Assembly: GCA_903813345.2 (NCBI GenBank)
Contig: CAIIXF020000001.1
Location: 30,690,001 to 30,754,000, forward strand
Reading direction: 5' to 3'
Source: Owenia fusiformis
Taxonomy: Eukaryota
Length of the DNA stretch: 64,000 bases
Numbering within the stretch: the first letter of the stretch is position 1; the number at the start of each line of letters is the position of its first letter. Made by a program: the position numbers and the translations under genes. The notes under the pieces were generated by a model. The model was not told the DNA's origin. It saw only the letters and a program-made list of their open reading frames with translations, and did not search any database. Positions 13,202-26,000 of this stretch are shown here, piece after piece.

Positions 13202-14055
13202 GCTATTTGCTGATTTGTTTTCATCCAGAGATTATAGACAAAGTCAATATGTGTAAGTTCCATAGATTGTTGCTGGGTACAGATTAGTGGGCATTGATTG
13301 ATAATCAGCCTTCTATGTGTATAGCTTATCATCAAGTGCTACATGAAGTTTGTGTAATCATCAGGTCCTCTCTGCCACATTCCAAATACATATTTATATT
13401 GCGTAAAGATATAAGGGTCTTATGTGAGGCTATTGATGATTTGTCATTGCATACATATATTGTTATTGTTCATCTGGAGTGGGTTTAATTAGGATTAATT
13501 TGGAACATCTCATTCTGTCAAAATGCAACTTCAAAATGCCCATGATTAAGAGGTCATCAAAGTTGGCTAATCAAAATACCTGTTCTAGAATATTTCTCAC
13601 AGGGAAAGTATAAACAAAAGTTGTTTGGGATGTTTACTTTTTAAAATTAGCCTAGACTACAGAGATTTATTTATTTGGGCTTTGCTCCAGATGATGATGA
13701 CAAAGTTGATATTAAAATACACGAGTCAGCCAAAATACTTCTCATTGCATAATGTGTAATCAGATTACAAGCATATAGTGAGTAACACTCATATTGTCAA
13801 GCATTTTGATAAAACATCAAGTACATCCATCTAAGAGACAATCTAGTACTAAGTACATTATGAAATCTACAAAACCACAAGATAAAGAACTTGTTTGAAT
13901 ACAATAGAAGACAATGTTATGTGAATGACTGGCTCAGTTGGCTACTGTTAATGCCAAGTTAAACCATTCAACAAAATAGTAGAACAGCTACGTAAGAAAC
14001 CACATGAACAATATAACACAATAGGTAATACAGCTATCAAGCTGGTTAATCGAGA

Positions 14056-17000
14056 ATGGATAATCAGGTTGATAATCACATTGAAAAACTGCTGAGAAAT
14101 AATGTGGTAAGTAAACTAGAGGGGATAAAGTGATTACCCTCAAATATATTTCAGTTGAACCTTGTTATCATTCATTAGCAATTGTCCAGCATTGTTCAAT
14201 TTTCTTACATTTCTAATCGAAGACATGTAGTAATTATGTTTTATGTTTTTCCTTGTGATTCCTAATAATGTATCTTATTTCAATGATATCAAGATTTCCA
14301 ATATATTTTTATGGGGAGTAATTTACCTGGAATAATTCCATGTATGCCCCCTGGTAATAAACTGAGCAATTGCAAGATGTTTTATTTTCTTTATTTAAGT
14401 AACTTATACTGCCCGCCTAGCTTTATAATATATATTTGTATTCATGCATTGCAATAGAAATATTCATACATTGGCCATTGTACATACTGCCTGTAATATA
14501 CTTTTTAAACAACCAAATTTACGACAGTCCAGTATCATTCATTAAGGTAAGTCAGCAAAGGAAATTGAATTCTCAGTTATATCATCTTAAAACATATGGT
14601 TTAATCTTTATTTGATAAAACAGACATTTAAAACAAAACAGAGTCAGCCCCAATTGAACTTCTTATCAACTTCAACTTAACAGCTTAATACAATAGAATA
14701 GATATCGAAATAACCTTTATATTTCATACTTGAGCATTATGCTTTAACCTTTTTTCAGATAAAAAGGGGATATAAATAGAGAGGAGATGGGAGTTACAGA
14801 TTGTCACAATTTTTCAATATGATCCTTTTTGAACAATAAAATTGGGACATTTCTGCATATTATTTCTTCAATAACTTCCATATCCCAATTCTTTTTTCAG
14901 AAAAAATTAGGCTAATTATAATGTATAAAGTACATGTACAGTATAATGAATATATAAAGCATTATGTGCACAAATGCTCTTGAAATTTCAGAAATATATG
15001 AGGGTTGTTCAATAAAAACTTCTAAAAGTGCTCTCATTTTCTTGTTAATCAGTTAATGAGGGAATTGAGATGGAATTGAAGGCAATATGTATGTCTTTAT
15101 AGTGACATGACATTCTTAATTCATTCTGGGTAGTTGTAAAGTTACGGCAAATTAAATGCATATGTTTGAAGGTGTCCAGGGTAGTTTTTTCCTCATCATA
15201 AATTGCTAACAAATTAAGTATTTTAGTTCAAATCTTTTTCAATATACAAGGCCACTTATCCTTTTCCTTAACTGAGACATCTCAACACTAGGGTTCTATC
15301 AGACCATGAAATTTAGTCTGCTAATTATTATCCTCCTATTTCAATTATTTTGCATATATTCTATATTTGATGTAACCTCTTATTAACAATAAAAAATTCA
15401 TTGATATTTGATCAGTATAAAGACATACATATTGCCTTTTATCTATTCAAATGTTATCTTGATTTCTTAACAAATATGAAAATAAGTCCAATTGTATAAT
15501 TGATTTGGTTTAAACCGATCACATTTCACAATACTTCTTATTGCAGGGACATGGTGAAAGAGGAGAAACTAAACTCATTGAGATACTTAATGTAGCTATA
15601 AACAGCATAGCACAGTTGGAACAGAAAGTGGATGCAATAGCATACCAGCTGGACACCATATCTCCAGTTTCAACCCCCATAGGGAATATCCACCTTCACC
15701 AACCATACCATTCAACACCAAACTCTACAGACTCAAACCACGATAACATTGATGCAAATCTGATCACACCCATTATAATAAATGATGTTACTCCAAATTT
15801 CACAACAAAGACTCGAAATGCGAGCTATGAACATGCAGTAGAGGACTATGGAAATCGTTCAGACTCCATTTACCCAAGTGGTATTTCATATTCTGTAGAT
15901 AAGACTCCTCCAGTACAATCTGATCAGTTTAACCAAAGAAGAGAGAGCTTGATAAATGTGATCAAAAACCTTGTAACTCTTGAAGAGAAAGTCGAAGGAC
16001 TGTACAGAAAATCAAGTGTGGTTGAGATTGCAGAGAATCCAAAAGAGGCTGCTGAATTTGCGGGTGAGACGATTGAGGAGAATCAAGTTGATGTTGCACT
16101 AGATGGTGCTCTATATGCAATAAATGATAGAGGTACTGTTAACACCAAAAGTGGTGCACAAAATACACCAACAATGACAATATCGGAGATACAAAATGAC
16201 ATTGCTGGTGTCAAGGAGGAAATGAGAATGCCACCAGGAATACCTGAGACTACATATCAAACAGAATTGTTGCTAACAATTGGAGCAACAATGACGGAAC
16301 AATCAAATCAAACACACAAATCAATTGTTTATTACAAAGACGTTGAAGATGTTAAAGATGAGCTGAAAAGCTTTCAGACGAGCATGGATAACCAGAATAA
16401 CAAAGGAAATATAAAAACTGTACGTTATCTTTCAGAGACTTTCAATGATATTGATGATGTGAAGAATGAAATACAAGCTTCCAATGTCCAACAAGATTCC
16501 ACCAATGACAAGAGTCATCCAAAAGACACAAATAGATTGTTCAGCCTTGGAGAGCATGAACTGCCATCATATATTAAACATGAAATTGGTGGGGCTCTTT
16601 TAAGTCAGATGGCCTTGAATGAGTTAGAAATGTCCCAATCTGGCCCTCCAATGAGAGTTCTTCGATATGCAACTCCTGATGAGCCATGGGAAGATTCTGT
16701 AACCTCAGATCCTCAAATGATTGACCACACAAGAATTCGAACAAATAGCGAAACTGGAGATCACATGGGAATAAATGCAATGAAAGAAATAAAGCCTATT
16801 CCAGTTACTGAGTTTATGATTAAGGCTCAAGCCCCAAAGACGGTAAGATCAGATGAGCCATCAATAACAAATGTAACCAACTTTTGGATAAGTCCCCATG
16901 CAAGTGATGAAGAGGATCTTCCAGCAGGTAAAACAAAGCCACCACCATTGCCAGACAAAATCGTTATTGAAACGGGAAGATACCGAACTGTTCCTAATGA

Positions 17001-18129
17001 TCTACCAAATACAACTAGTCCAACACCAGATAAGACTGATCAGAAGCTACACAATATGGGAAAAATAGACACAAAATTAAACAAACCATCAAAACCTCTA
17101 CCACCATATCGGCCAATATTCAGAGTTATACCTGCAGCTAAAGGTCCAGAGCGCTTTGGACCTGCAAAAGCAAAGCCATATGATAATACAGAATATGAGG
17201 TTCTTGTTGACTCAGTGCCAGAACCAAACAAGGCTGAACCCAAAACTGGACTTGTTGTCTTAGAAACACATCCAGCACCAAAGAAGAAAGAACACAGTTT
17301 GAAAGATTCTAATCGCCCACCCACACCTTTGCGACTATTTGATACAAATGCCACAAGGACACACAGCAATAACACTGATATATCTGATAATGTGTTTTCC
17401 AGTCCTCTGACAGTACAACATATTGACTTTGATGATGAACATGATGATGATACGAAACAACAAGGTGATGACAACACTACTTGGGACAATCCTGAGTACC
17501 GTAGAAATAACTGGACAAAGAACATCAATCCTTTATTCAATGAAATACCTATTATTACACCAGAGCCATTTAAGGAGACAGGACCTGATGCCACAGATTC
17601 AACACAGCAAGACAACGACCAACAGCAAGTAGATACAGCTGATGAACATGCACCACAACATGTGGATATTCCTAAGGATGTTGCCAAGAAAATAAAAGAT
17701 GGAAAGGGCAGTGTTCGCCATAATACTCCATCTCCAAGAGCTAAAGCTTTGGATTTGCTTTCAAAGCAAAAGCAATACAAGGATAATTTCTATGACAAAC
17801 AAATTCCATATACAGCTGACAGTGGAGACTATAAAGCTGTTACATTCAACAGAGCTCAATTTAGAGCTAACTGGCTCGATACCAACACACAGAATGAGAA
17901 CACCAAAAAGAACATTAATGGTGATATCCAGGGCAAGGCATTTGTTGTGACGGGAAGAAATACAACAGAGTCTGAGGTTGATAAAACACACTCCAGTTAC
18001 ACTCATGCTGAGATTCCTTTTATTAAAGATAAAGAATCTAAATTGAAAGCTAAACTTCTATGTTGTGCTGAGTGCAGGTCTGAAGCTATAGTTAGTTTGA
18101 TGCAGGATGGGGAGGCAACATTAGTTTAA
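14056..18129 (+). CDS. Uncharacterised, largely disordered protein of about 877 aa; exons 14056-14106 and 15547-18129, with a possible optional exon 14421-14546
   Basis: A 2.6-kb stop-free frame in AT-rich DNA starts at the acceptor TTGCAG|GGA (15546/15547). The upstream exon MDNQVDNHIEKLLRNNV ends at a phase-0 GTAAGT donor and has an in-frame stop before its ATG. No recognisable catalytic domain. The terminal exon is secure; the first exon is inferred. Confidence 0.72.
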
Positions 18130-18998
18130 TTCATAGCCTTGTAAGATGAAAACTGTGCTATCAACAATTTGTGAACAAATCTGAGCCAAGGTTACATTTG
18201 TAATATTCTAAAAGTACATATTTGAGTTACATCTTTGACTCAATCATGTATCAAAAATAAGACCCTTTTAAAACCTTATATTACAATAGTATTACTTTTG
18301 ATATCAATTTGGCAAATTTTTCAAATTAAACCAGGAGCCAAAAGCAAATGCAGTATTTATTCTGACAAAATTCAAAATATTTGTAAACATTATGAAAAGG
18401 CATTTCAACTCATGTTTTCATAAAGGAAGGTTATGGCACAACATACTTTCAGAGCTGAAATATATCTGTATATGTGGTAATTACATTACCAATCCAGAAT
18501 GTAATTAAAGCTTATTCCAAAAGTTGAATAATGATAGCTTCCCTGTACTAATTCTTTTTAAGACCCACTTTGTAAACACAATACTCATAACAAAGTAACT
18601 GATATGGAACATTTCACAAATCACGACAAAGAATTTTTAAGTATTGAGTTTCAAAACTTCAGATTTGAGAAAATTGTAAAATCTTGAATTTATAAGGAAT
18701 TTCATTGAAACAATTAAGTTTAGAAAAAATGTATCATTTGACTTTCAAATATAGATACTGCAACAATATTATATTAACCATTTTTTGAAATTGGAATATA
18801 ATTATATGATCTAGTTTACATACAGATTGTAATTCTACCTTAATATTATTTTCTTGAAGAGTAAATCATCTTTTAACAATTTTCTAACATTGTGTTAACA
18901 GGGATTTAGGGTGATCTTTTTGTAAAATTTAAATATCCTTGGAAACTGAATACAGGAAAATAAGGGATGATATCCAATTACTGAGTCGTGGAAAAATA

Positions 18999-19105
18999 AA
19001 GTTAATTTCATTATGGGTTAACCCCCCTTCCCTCATCTAACAAAATTTTAATGAAGTTAATTTCATTATGGGTTAACCAACCTCCCCTCACCTAACAAAA
19101 TTTAA
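18999..19105. repeat. Local tandem duplication, two copies of about 54 bp
   Basis: AAGTTAATTTCATTATGGGTTAACC...CCCTCA(T/C)CTAACAAAATTT occurs twice in succession. Confidence 0.8.
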
Positions 19106-19929
19106 AGATGTTGATATGTCTTTCACTTGAATATTAATAAAATCAACACTATTTGATAACAAAACCAACATTTATCCCTTCCCCTAACGAAACTAGCTTT
19201 GTTATTCCACATCTGTTGATATATCTTTTTGTGCACAATACTTGACAGTTCATGTAGTTTTAGACTGGAAAGACCCTTTTAGATTATTTGAAAGTGTATA
19301 ACTATGTGATACATACTACTACTAGTCTTTTATTGTCCTATACAAAAAGATTTTGCACGTTCAAATGCAAGTAACATACATAAACTATTTTAATGCGATA
19401 AAATGCTATGATTTATTAAACAATCACCACTTTATGTATTAAATAAAACATACATGTATCATGTATAGTATGTAAAATGTGTTAGATTTTAAATAGTTAA
19501 CAATATCATATACAGAATTACTTTTGTATCTACAAATGTAATAAACAATGCATTAAAATGTAATTTAATTTATGAATCTTGACCATTTTATCATCTTAAT
19601 TGCCTATTATTAGTTTATTACAAGAATCATTGTAATAGAACCACTTCCCTCTTACATACTTTCATCCGCAAACAGTGTGTAGTGTAGTATTACTGAACAA
19701 GAGATGGAAAGATGTTGAGATTTGATGCATTACTTATTCTTGTTGAACTGAACACATCAATTTGAGCAGCAGTACATTCAATAAACCATGCAGAACATAT
19801 TAGGGTTGGTGGTTTGAAGCCTCTCAGAGGCTGGTTTATCAATATTATATGATAATATTTTAGGTTTTGCATTCAGGACACTTTAACAATCTCAAAGTCA
19901 TTGTAACCAAGGCAATATCCTTCAATATA

Positions 19930-20543
19930 CAGGGTGTCCCGAAAGTATGGCCCCCCCCCTAGGCAGACATATTCCAGTGTCCTCATTTTAAAGCTTATCC
20001 AAAGTTACATTGATTAGCCAAGTATCATGGTTTAACTCCCAAATTGGAAAAAGTTACGGTCATTTTAAAAGTTAGTGTTTTGTCAAAATAAAGTTCCATT
20101 GTACACCACATTACTAGTCAATGAGTCCCCCCTTGGCCATGTTAACAGCATCAATTATTTTCAGATATGACCCTTCAAATAGGGGTGTGGAATTTTATAA
20201 CCCTCTTAAAACCTGTTAAGGCACTTTAGAAGAGTTTCCTTAGAGTGTCTACCCTCACCGTTCTCTTTTTCCAACTCAATATCCATCCGACCCGAAAAGA
20301 ATTGCTACTGTTAAGATGGCCCGGAAGGACACATTGACTAGTGATTTGGTGTAAAATTGAACTTAATTTTGACCAAACACTAAATTTTGAAATGCCTGCA
20401 ATTTTTTCACATTTGAGAGTTGAACCATGATACTTGGTGAATCAATGTAACTTTGGATAAGCTTTAAAATGATATATGACACATACTATGAGGACACTGG
20501 AATATGTCTGCCTAGGGGGGGGGCATACTTTCGGGACACCCTG
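19930..20543. mobile_element. Tc1/mariner-type MITE with long imperfect TIRs; right-end fragment also at about 63133-63244
   Basis: TA|CAGGGTGTCCCGAAAGTATG...CATACTTTCGGGACACCCTG|TA. The arms stay complementary for about 190 bp. Confidence 0.88.
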
Positions 20544-21139
20544 TACATGTCATCTTATGGAACAGTCATCTATAATTTTGTAATTAGCCCATTAAATGTT
20601 CTATCACAGGAGCACTGGAAACGGTTTCATATTAAAAACTTACATGATCTACTGCATGCCTGTCAAAGTCTGCCTTGTGTATTATATATGAATATGGAAT
20701 AATGCTGCTGCTGTTAAAAAGTGGAAGATTCTCATCTGGGAGATTTTCCATTTAAACATTCATGTACTTATTCCAGATCCAATTTCTTAAATATTAAAAA
20801 AACATGATTTTCGTTTAAAATGTCAATGAACAACTTGTATAATTGTAAAATATTTATGGCAAGAAAAACAAGACTACAAGACATCAATCACAGAAAATCA
20901 TTTAAAATACTAACTTGTAATTAAGCAGTAATATAAGAAAAAGTCAAGCAACATTTGATTGATTAAGATATCAGTAGGTTTCACAGTTCTCAGTCTTACA
21001 TTATATCACATCAATCACTGGCATCTTTGGCTTTACACACTTAAACATACATGTATTTTATGCTCTGTATTTTACTGTACTCTATCATTTGCTGATCAAA
21101 CTACAAGCATGCCATCAATCATATTTCTACATGTGTATA

Positions 21140-21917
21140 CTGTAAGTTGCTTTAATTTGACGGCCGTTTTAATAGACTAGATGCGAGTAGAGATAATCTT
21201 GATTTACATCATTAAATATTCAAAATTCAGTCAAAGTGATGTGATAAAAATCTAATGTAAAAGTACATCTAGAAATATCGTTTCGAAAATTGGTTATCAA
21301 CTTTGAAAATTAAATTTTTTTTGAAAATGTGACTTCTAGTGTGGGTTGATTCCCTATAGACCCCATGTTACAAAATCACAAAAGAGTGAAATATCCTTTC
21401 TTGTATTGGACAGATAACAGTTTCTTTTACTAGACATATTTTAATTTACATAACTATTAGATACATAGGGGTTATATGAAAACTGAACCACCAAAACAGT
21501 TGTAATAATTTAAGTTAAAGGGAACTTTCTACTATACCCGCCATGCTATCTGACCCGAACGAGCCACCTGGTGGTGAAACTGGTAATTACCTACTCGCAT
21601 CTGCGTTATTAAGCGGAGTGATGACAACCGCCAAATTAAATCCAATTTTTTGAACAAATCCCCAGGGATTCTCTTGCAGGATAAAAACATTTGAAAATAC
21701 CCCACTAAAATGTCAATATTGAACTATTTTCGAAGATCTTGATCCACTGCTGGTTGTTTTGAAAAACGAGAGCATTACATGTATTTGGATTTTTGTATGA
21801 ACCCCCTTATATCCGCATCTTACCAATGGGTAAATCCGCCAAACTAAATAGCAGGCAAAATTTCAAAATTTGCCCAATCCACCAAATTAAATAGCACCAA
21901 ATTTAAGCAACTTGCAG
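21140..21917. mobile_element. TA-flanked MITE (CTGTAAGTTGCTT...AAGCAACTTGCAG) containing a nested TAGATGCGAGTAG element at 21178-21602
   Basis: Outer TIRs are flanked by TA, with internal repeated CCGCCAAATTAAAT motifs. The inner element has its own TIRs (TAGATGCGAGTAG / CTACTCGCATCT). Confidence 0.7.
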
Positions 21918-23068
21918 TATACATTTGTACTACTTTTAGTTAGCCATATTACTGACTGTTACCATGTTCCATCTTTCCACAATTCTGAAAGTGAAGCTGC
22001 TCATATATGGGAACACAGAAAGCATGGAAGCATTTATAGTCACTAAAACTCTATAGATAGATAGAATGAGCAATCTAATTGACTCATTTACAAGTATTGG
22101 AATGTCATCATTACAATGGCCTCAATAATGACTTAAGAATTCTCTGACTAAGATCACCTTCAGTAGTTCATCCATGGTAGGGTGATTCTTACATTTGTTA
22201 AAGCTTAGGTTTATTACATGGACTCACTGCACAGTGCACATACTCAAACGTATGCTCCGTGGCCCCAAATTTCACTCTCAACACATCGATCAACACTATA
22301 ATGCTAGGTAAGTATTAACACTTATAAATATATCAAAATATTTACAATCTTGTCCAAGTTACATTCATATATATTATTTAATAAATTTAATCATTCAATC
22401 TGAAGATTGTCAGATTTGCGTAGAGAGAATGTGTTGTAGTTGTATTATCAGAAACTGTTTGAGGTAGATAAGTCGACTGTTGAGACATATAATTCACCAA
22501 GAAAGAAGTCACTGAATCCTATCTTAAATATGGTGCATTGATTTTGAACATTGTATCATTATTGTACTACACTAATGATTAATTGTTACCCTTTTACAAG
22601 TATTGATGACACTTGTATACTAGAGTGCCCAAGTTTCTCGAGCAATTTTCAATGCACCATACTTATTCTTCTTTCTATATTATGCCAATCCTCAACACAG
22701 ATCTTCTATAATCCATGTTATCTGTACTATTGCTTCCAGGATATATGGAAGATGTCCTTGGGGTTGCCACATTATTTGCCAATATTTTACATCATGAAAA
22801 TATCAACTGGCCAGTATTGTAATGAAAATGTGCGTCTCATGCATCGTGATGAAATCTCAGTAATGCTGATAGCTAACAATATGTTCCCCAAAATATGCTT
22901 GTTATTATAATACTTTTATTTTGGAAGACATCAATTGGAAATGTACTTAAAATGTACTAGTATGTGAATGTATGTACATGTCCTCAGTTGTGGCATATAT
23001 GTACAGAATGTGCTTGACTCATGTATAAATTAAATGTACAAGTAAAACTACTTAAACGATGCTTATTA

Positions 23069-26000
23069 TCAAGATTTTTTATCCTCATTTGACTTTTCTG
23101 TTTTTGCGTCTGTTTCTTTTGAGTCTGTTTGTTCTTCTGATTCCCTACCATCCATGAACAATAAAGGGAACATGCCAAGTATACAGCCTATTGTAATACC
23201 TACTGATCTCCCCTGAAAAAATCAAACATATGTTTTGAGAAAACTCCACCATATATAGTAACTTACGATATGATAAAACATTGGAAATTTGAATTTTAAG
23301 AAAATTCCTTCTCAGATAAGATCCTATTTCCATAAGAGATTAGACTATATTTAAAAATTGGATTTTTTAAATAAAACAATGTGACCATTCTTTAGATTAA
23401 TTTTGTGGGATATAATCAATATTCTAATTTGTGTACATGTATACAGAAATTCCAGAAAAATCATAGAACATATTTTTTAAAGAGAATCTGCATGAAGCAT
23501 GCTGAGAACAATTCAAATGTTAAAGGTTATTTTAATACATATGTTCAATAAAGTGTTAGTTTGAAAATAACATAGGTTGGCAGAAGAATTCTAAAGCAAC
23601 TTACCGCTCCTGCAGACCACCTAGTGGATGGGGTGTCTAGTTGCTGGGGTGTCAGATCAGGAGGTTTGATCCCGACTTTACTACATAATTCTTCTACCCA
23701 ACCAGCTAATCTGAAAGATGGTAAACACATTATAACTGTTTTCTTTCAGAGATGATATATTCTTGCCTATCATCCCACAAAATATCAATTTTCAACCAAA
23801 GTTATTGATCAGTTGATAAATCCATTAGATGACAATCAACCGAAGCGACTTCCACATACCATGCAGTATTATAGCATTACTCCTTAATTAAAATTCCAGG
23901 AGGAAATTTTGACAAATGATTACTGAACATTTAGCAACAATATGCATGGATATTAGCATCATCTCAGCTTTAATATCTCTATTATAGCCATTACACATAT
24001 GATACTTTGGCAGTGTTGACTTACCCTACACCAAATACGTCAGAAACCAAGTTCCCTAAAGCAGCAGCTAAAAAACAGGAAAATGACAGAGTCTCAATAG
24101 ACCATTCATTAAACAAAATACAGAATGCATGTATACAATGATCTAAAACATTTCACATTACCCCATACCTAACATGTCTCATTAGAACAAACTTCTTTGT
24201 CTAATGGATAGACATCCAAGTTAGATACAGGGATTTCATTAGTAGAAGGCAACAGGTGATTTTCCCTGGTTGTCTTTACCAGAATAATTTAATTCAATAT
24301 TTTGTGACTGTTTTTTTTTTTTGTTAAAATAATTATACATGTAATTTCTGATTTTTTATGAGGAGTGTTCAATCAGTTCATTTAAATTTTTCTTTAATAA
24401 CCAATGTGTTTTTGTTAAAAAACACATTGGTAAGACTGAAATTGTTATAAAGACTGAAATTGTTATGAGCTTATCAAGACAGAAATGTTTTCCTAAATAT
24501 TCAAATACATTCATTTATAAAATCTAAATCCATTTCTACCTGCACCTGATGCACAAGAGCCATCTATTCTTTTAACGATTTTTTTATTACCTGCCATAGT
24601 TGAGATTCCAAGTAAGGCACCAAATGTTGTATCTATGTATTCACCCTGAAATCAAATGCAAGTTCAAATTAAAGTCTATTATTTTTACCATGCATAAAGT
24701 GTCTTGATAGAACTGATTTTCCATACTTGTTCAAGAAAGTAGTGCATAAATTTTAGCGTGAACATCAGAATATGTGCTGTAATATAATTTGAGAAGACTA
24801 AGCCACATGGGAATATCAACACATGAAAGTGAAAATACTGATCAAATCTACCAACTACAATTACAAGTAAAGAAAACAAGGTAGGAAGCTATGAGTGGAT
24901 GATGCTAAACAATGTCACAAATTAAGATGTCATAGCTATTTAAAATGACATAGCTAGAAATCTGCATCAATGGAATAATTTATAACCATAATCAATGATA
25001 TACATATAGCATTTCACTTGATTCCAGTTTTGTTCAGTAGGATAGATCTTAGGGCTCAGTACAAGAGTGAATGCATAATATCTGCTCCTATCAGCCATAT
25101 ACATACGGTATACTTACAGCAAGGATCATGATTATGTTGTCTAGCAGGCCAAAACCAATAAATGGCACCCCGCTGAAGATGAACACTGGAAAAAGAAAAC
25201 AAGTCATGATTCTTTCCAATCATTCTAATACTCATAGGATCTTTCTGTTTCACCAGGGCTGAGAAGAAATGAGATGTCATGGTTTATCATGATGATTTCC
25301 AATTGATAAGTGCCTACCCTACGCACAGAGTCTAGTAATAAGTGTAAGGCCAACCCATCCTTTAATTCCCAATTGAAATCTATCAATTCAAGTTCCACAA
25401 TTAAAATCTAGCAACTGAATTGCACTACTTTCAGGCTCAATATTTTAACCTGGAATAGCAAATCCCTCTGATCAAAACACAACAATCACTATTCCACAGC
25501 TGGATGACTCTAACTGCAGTTAGCTTCATTCAAGATGGTTGCCGAAATTCTTTCGTTTTTGACAAACCTCTGATTTAAGCTAAACTAAATTGAATCTTGA
25601 TTCCAAAAGTTTCGCCATGCAAATTAATAAAACCACGATTGTATTTAACCACAAATTAATGCCAAAACACCCGCAATATTAGGGAATTTTAAAGAAAATG
25701 GCTTCTTTTAGAATGACTCTAACTGAAGTTGATGATCTACCTCATCATTACATCATCATCAACTTCAGTTTGAGTCATTCTAAAAGAAGCCATTTTCTTT
25801 AAAATTCTCCAATATCGCATTTATTTGTGGTTATTTATTATCGTAGCATGGCGAAACATTTGGAATCCAGATTCAACTTAGTTTAGCTAAAATCGGAGGT
25901 TTATCGAAAATGAAAGAATTTCGGCAACCATCTTGAATGAAGCTAACTGCAGTTAGAGTCATCCAGTTGTGGAACAGTGACAATATTCATTCTCTTCTAG

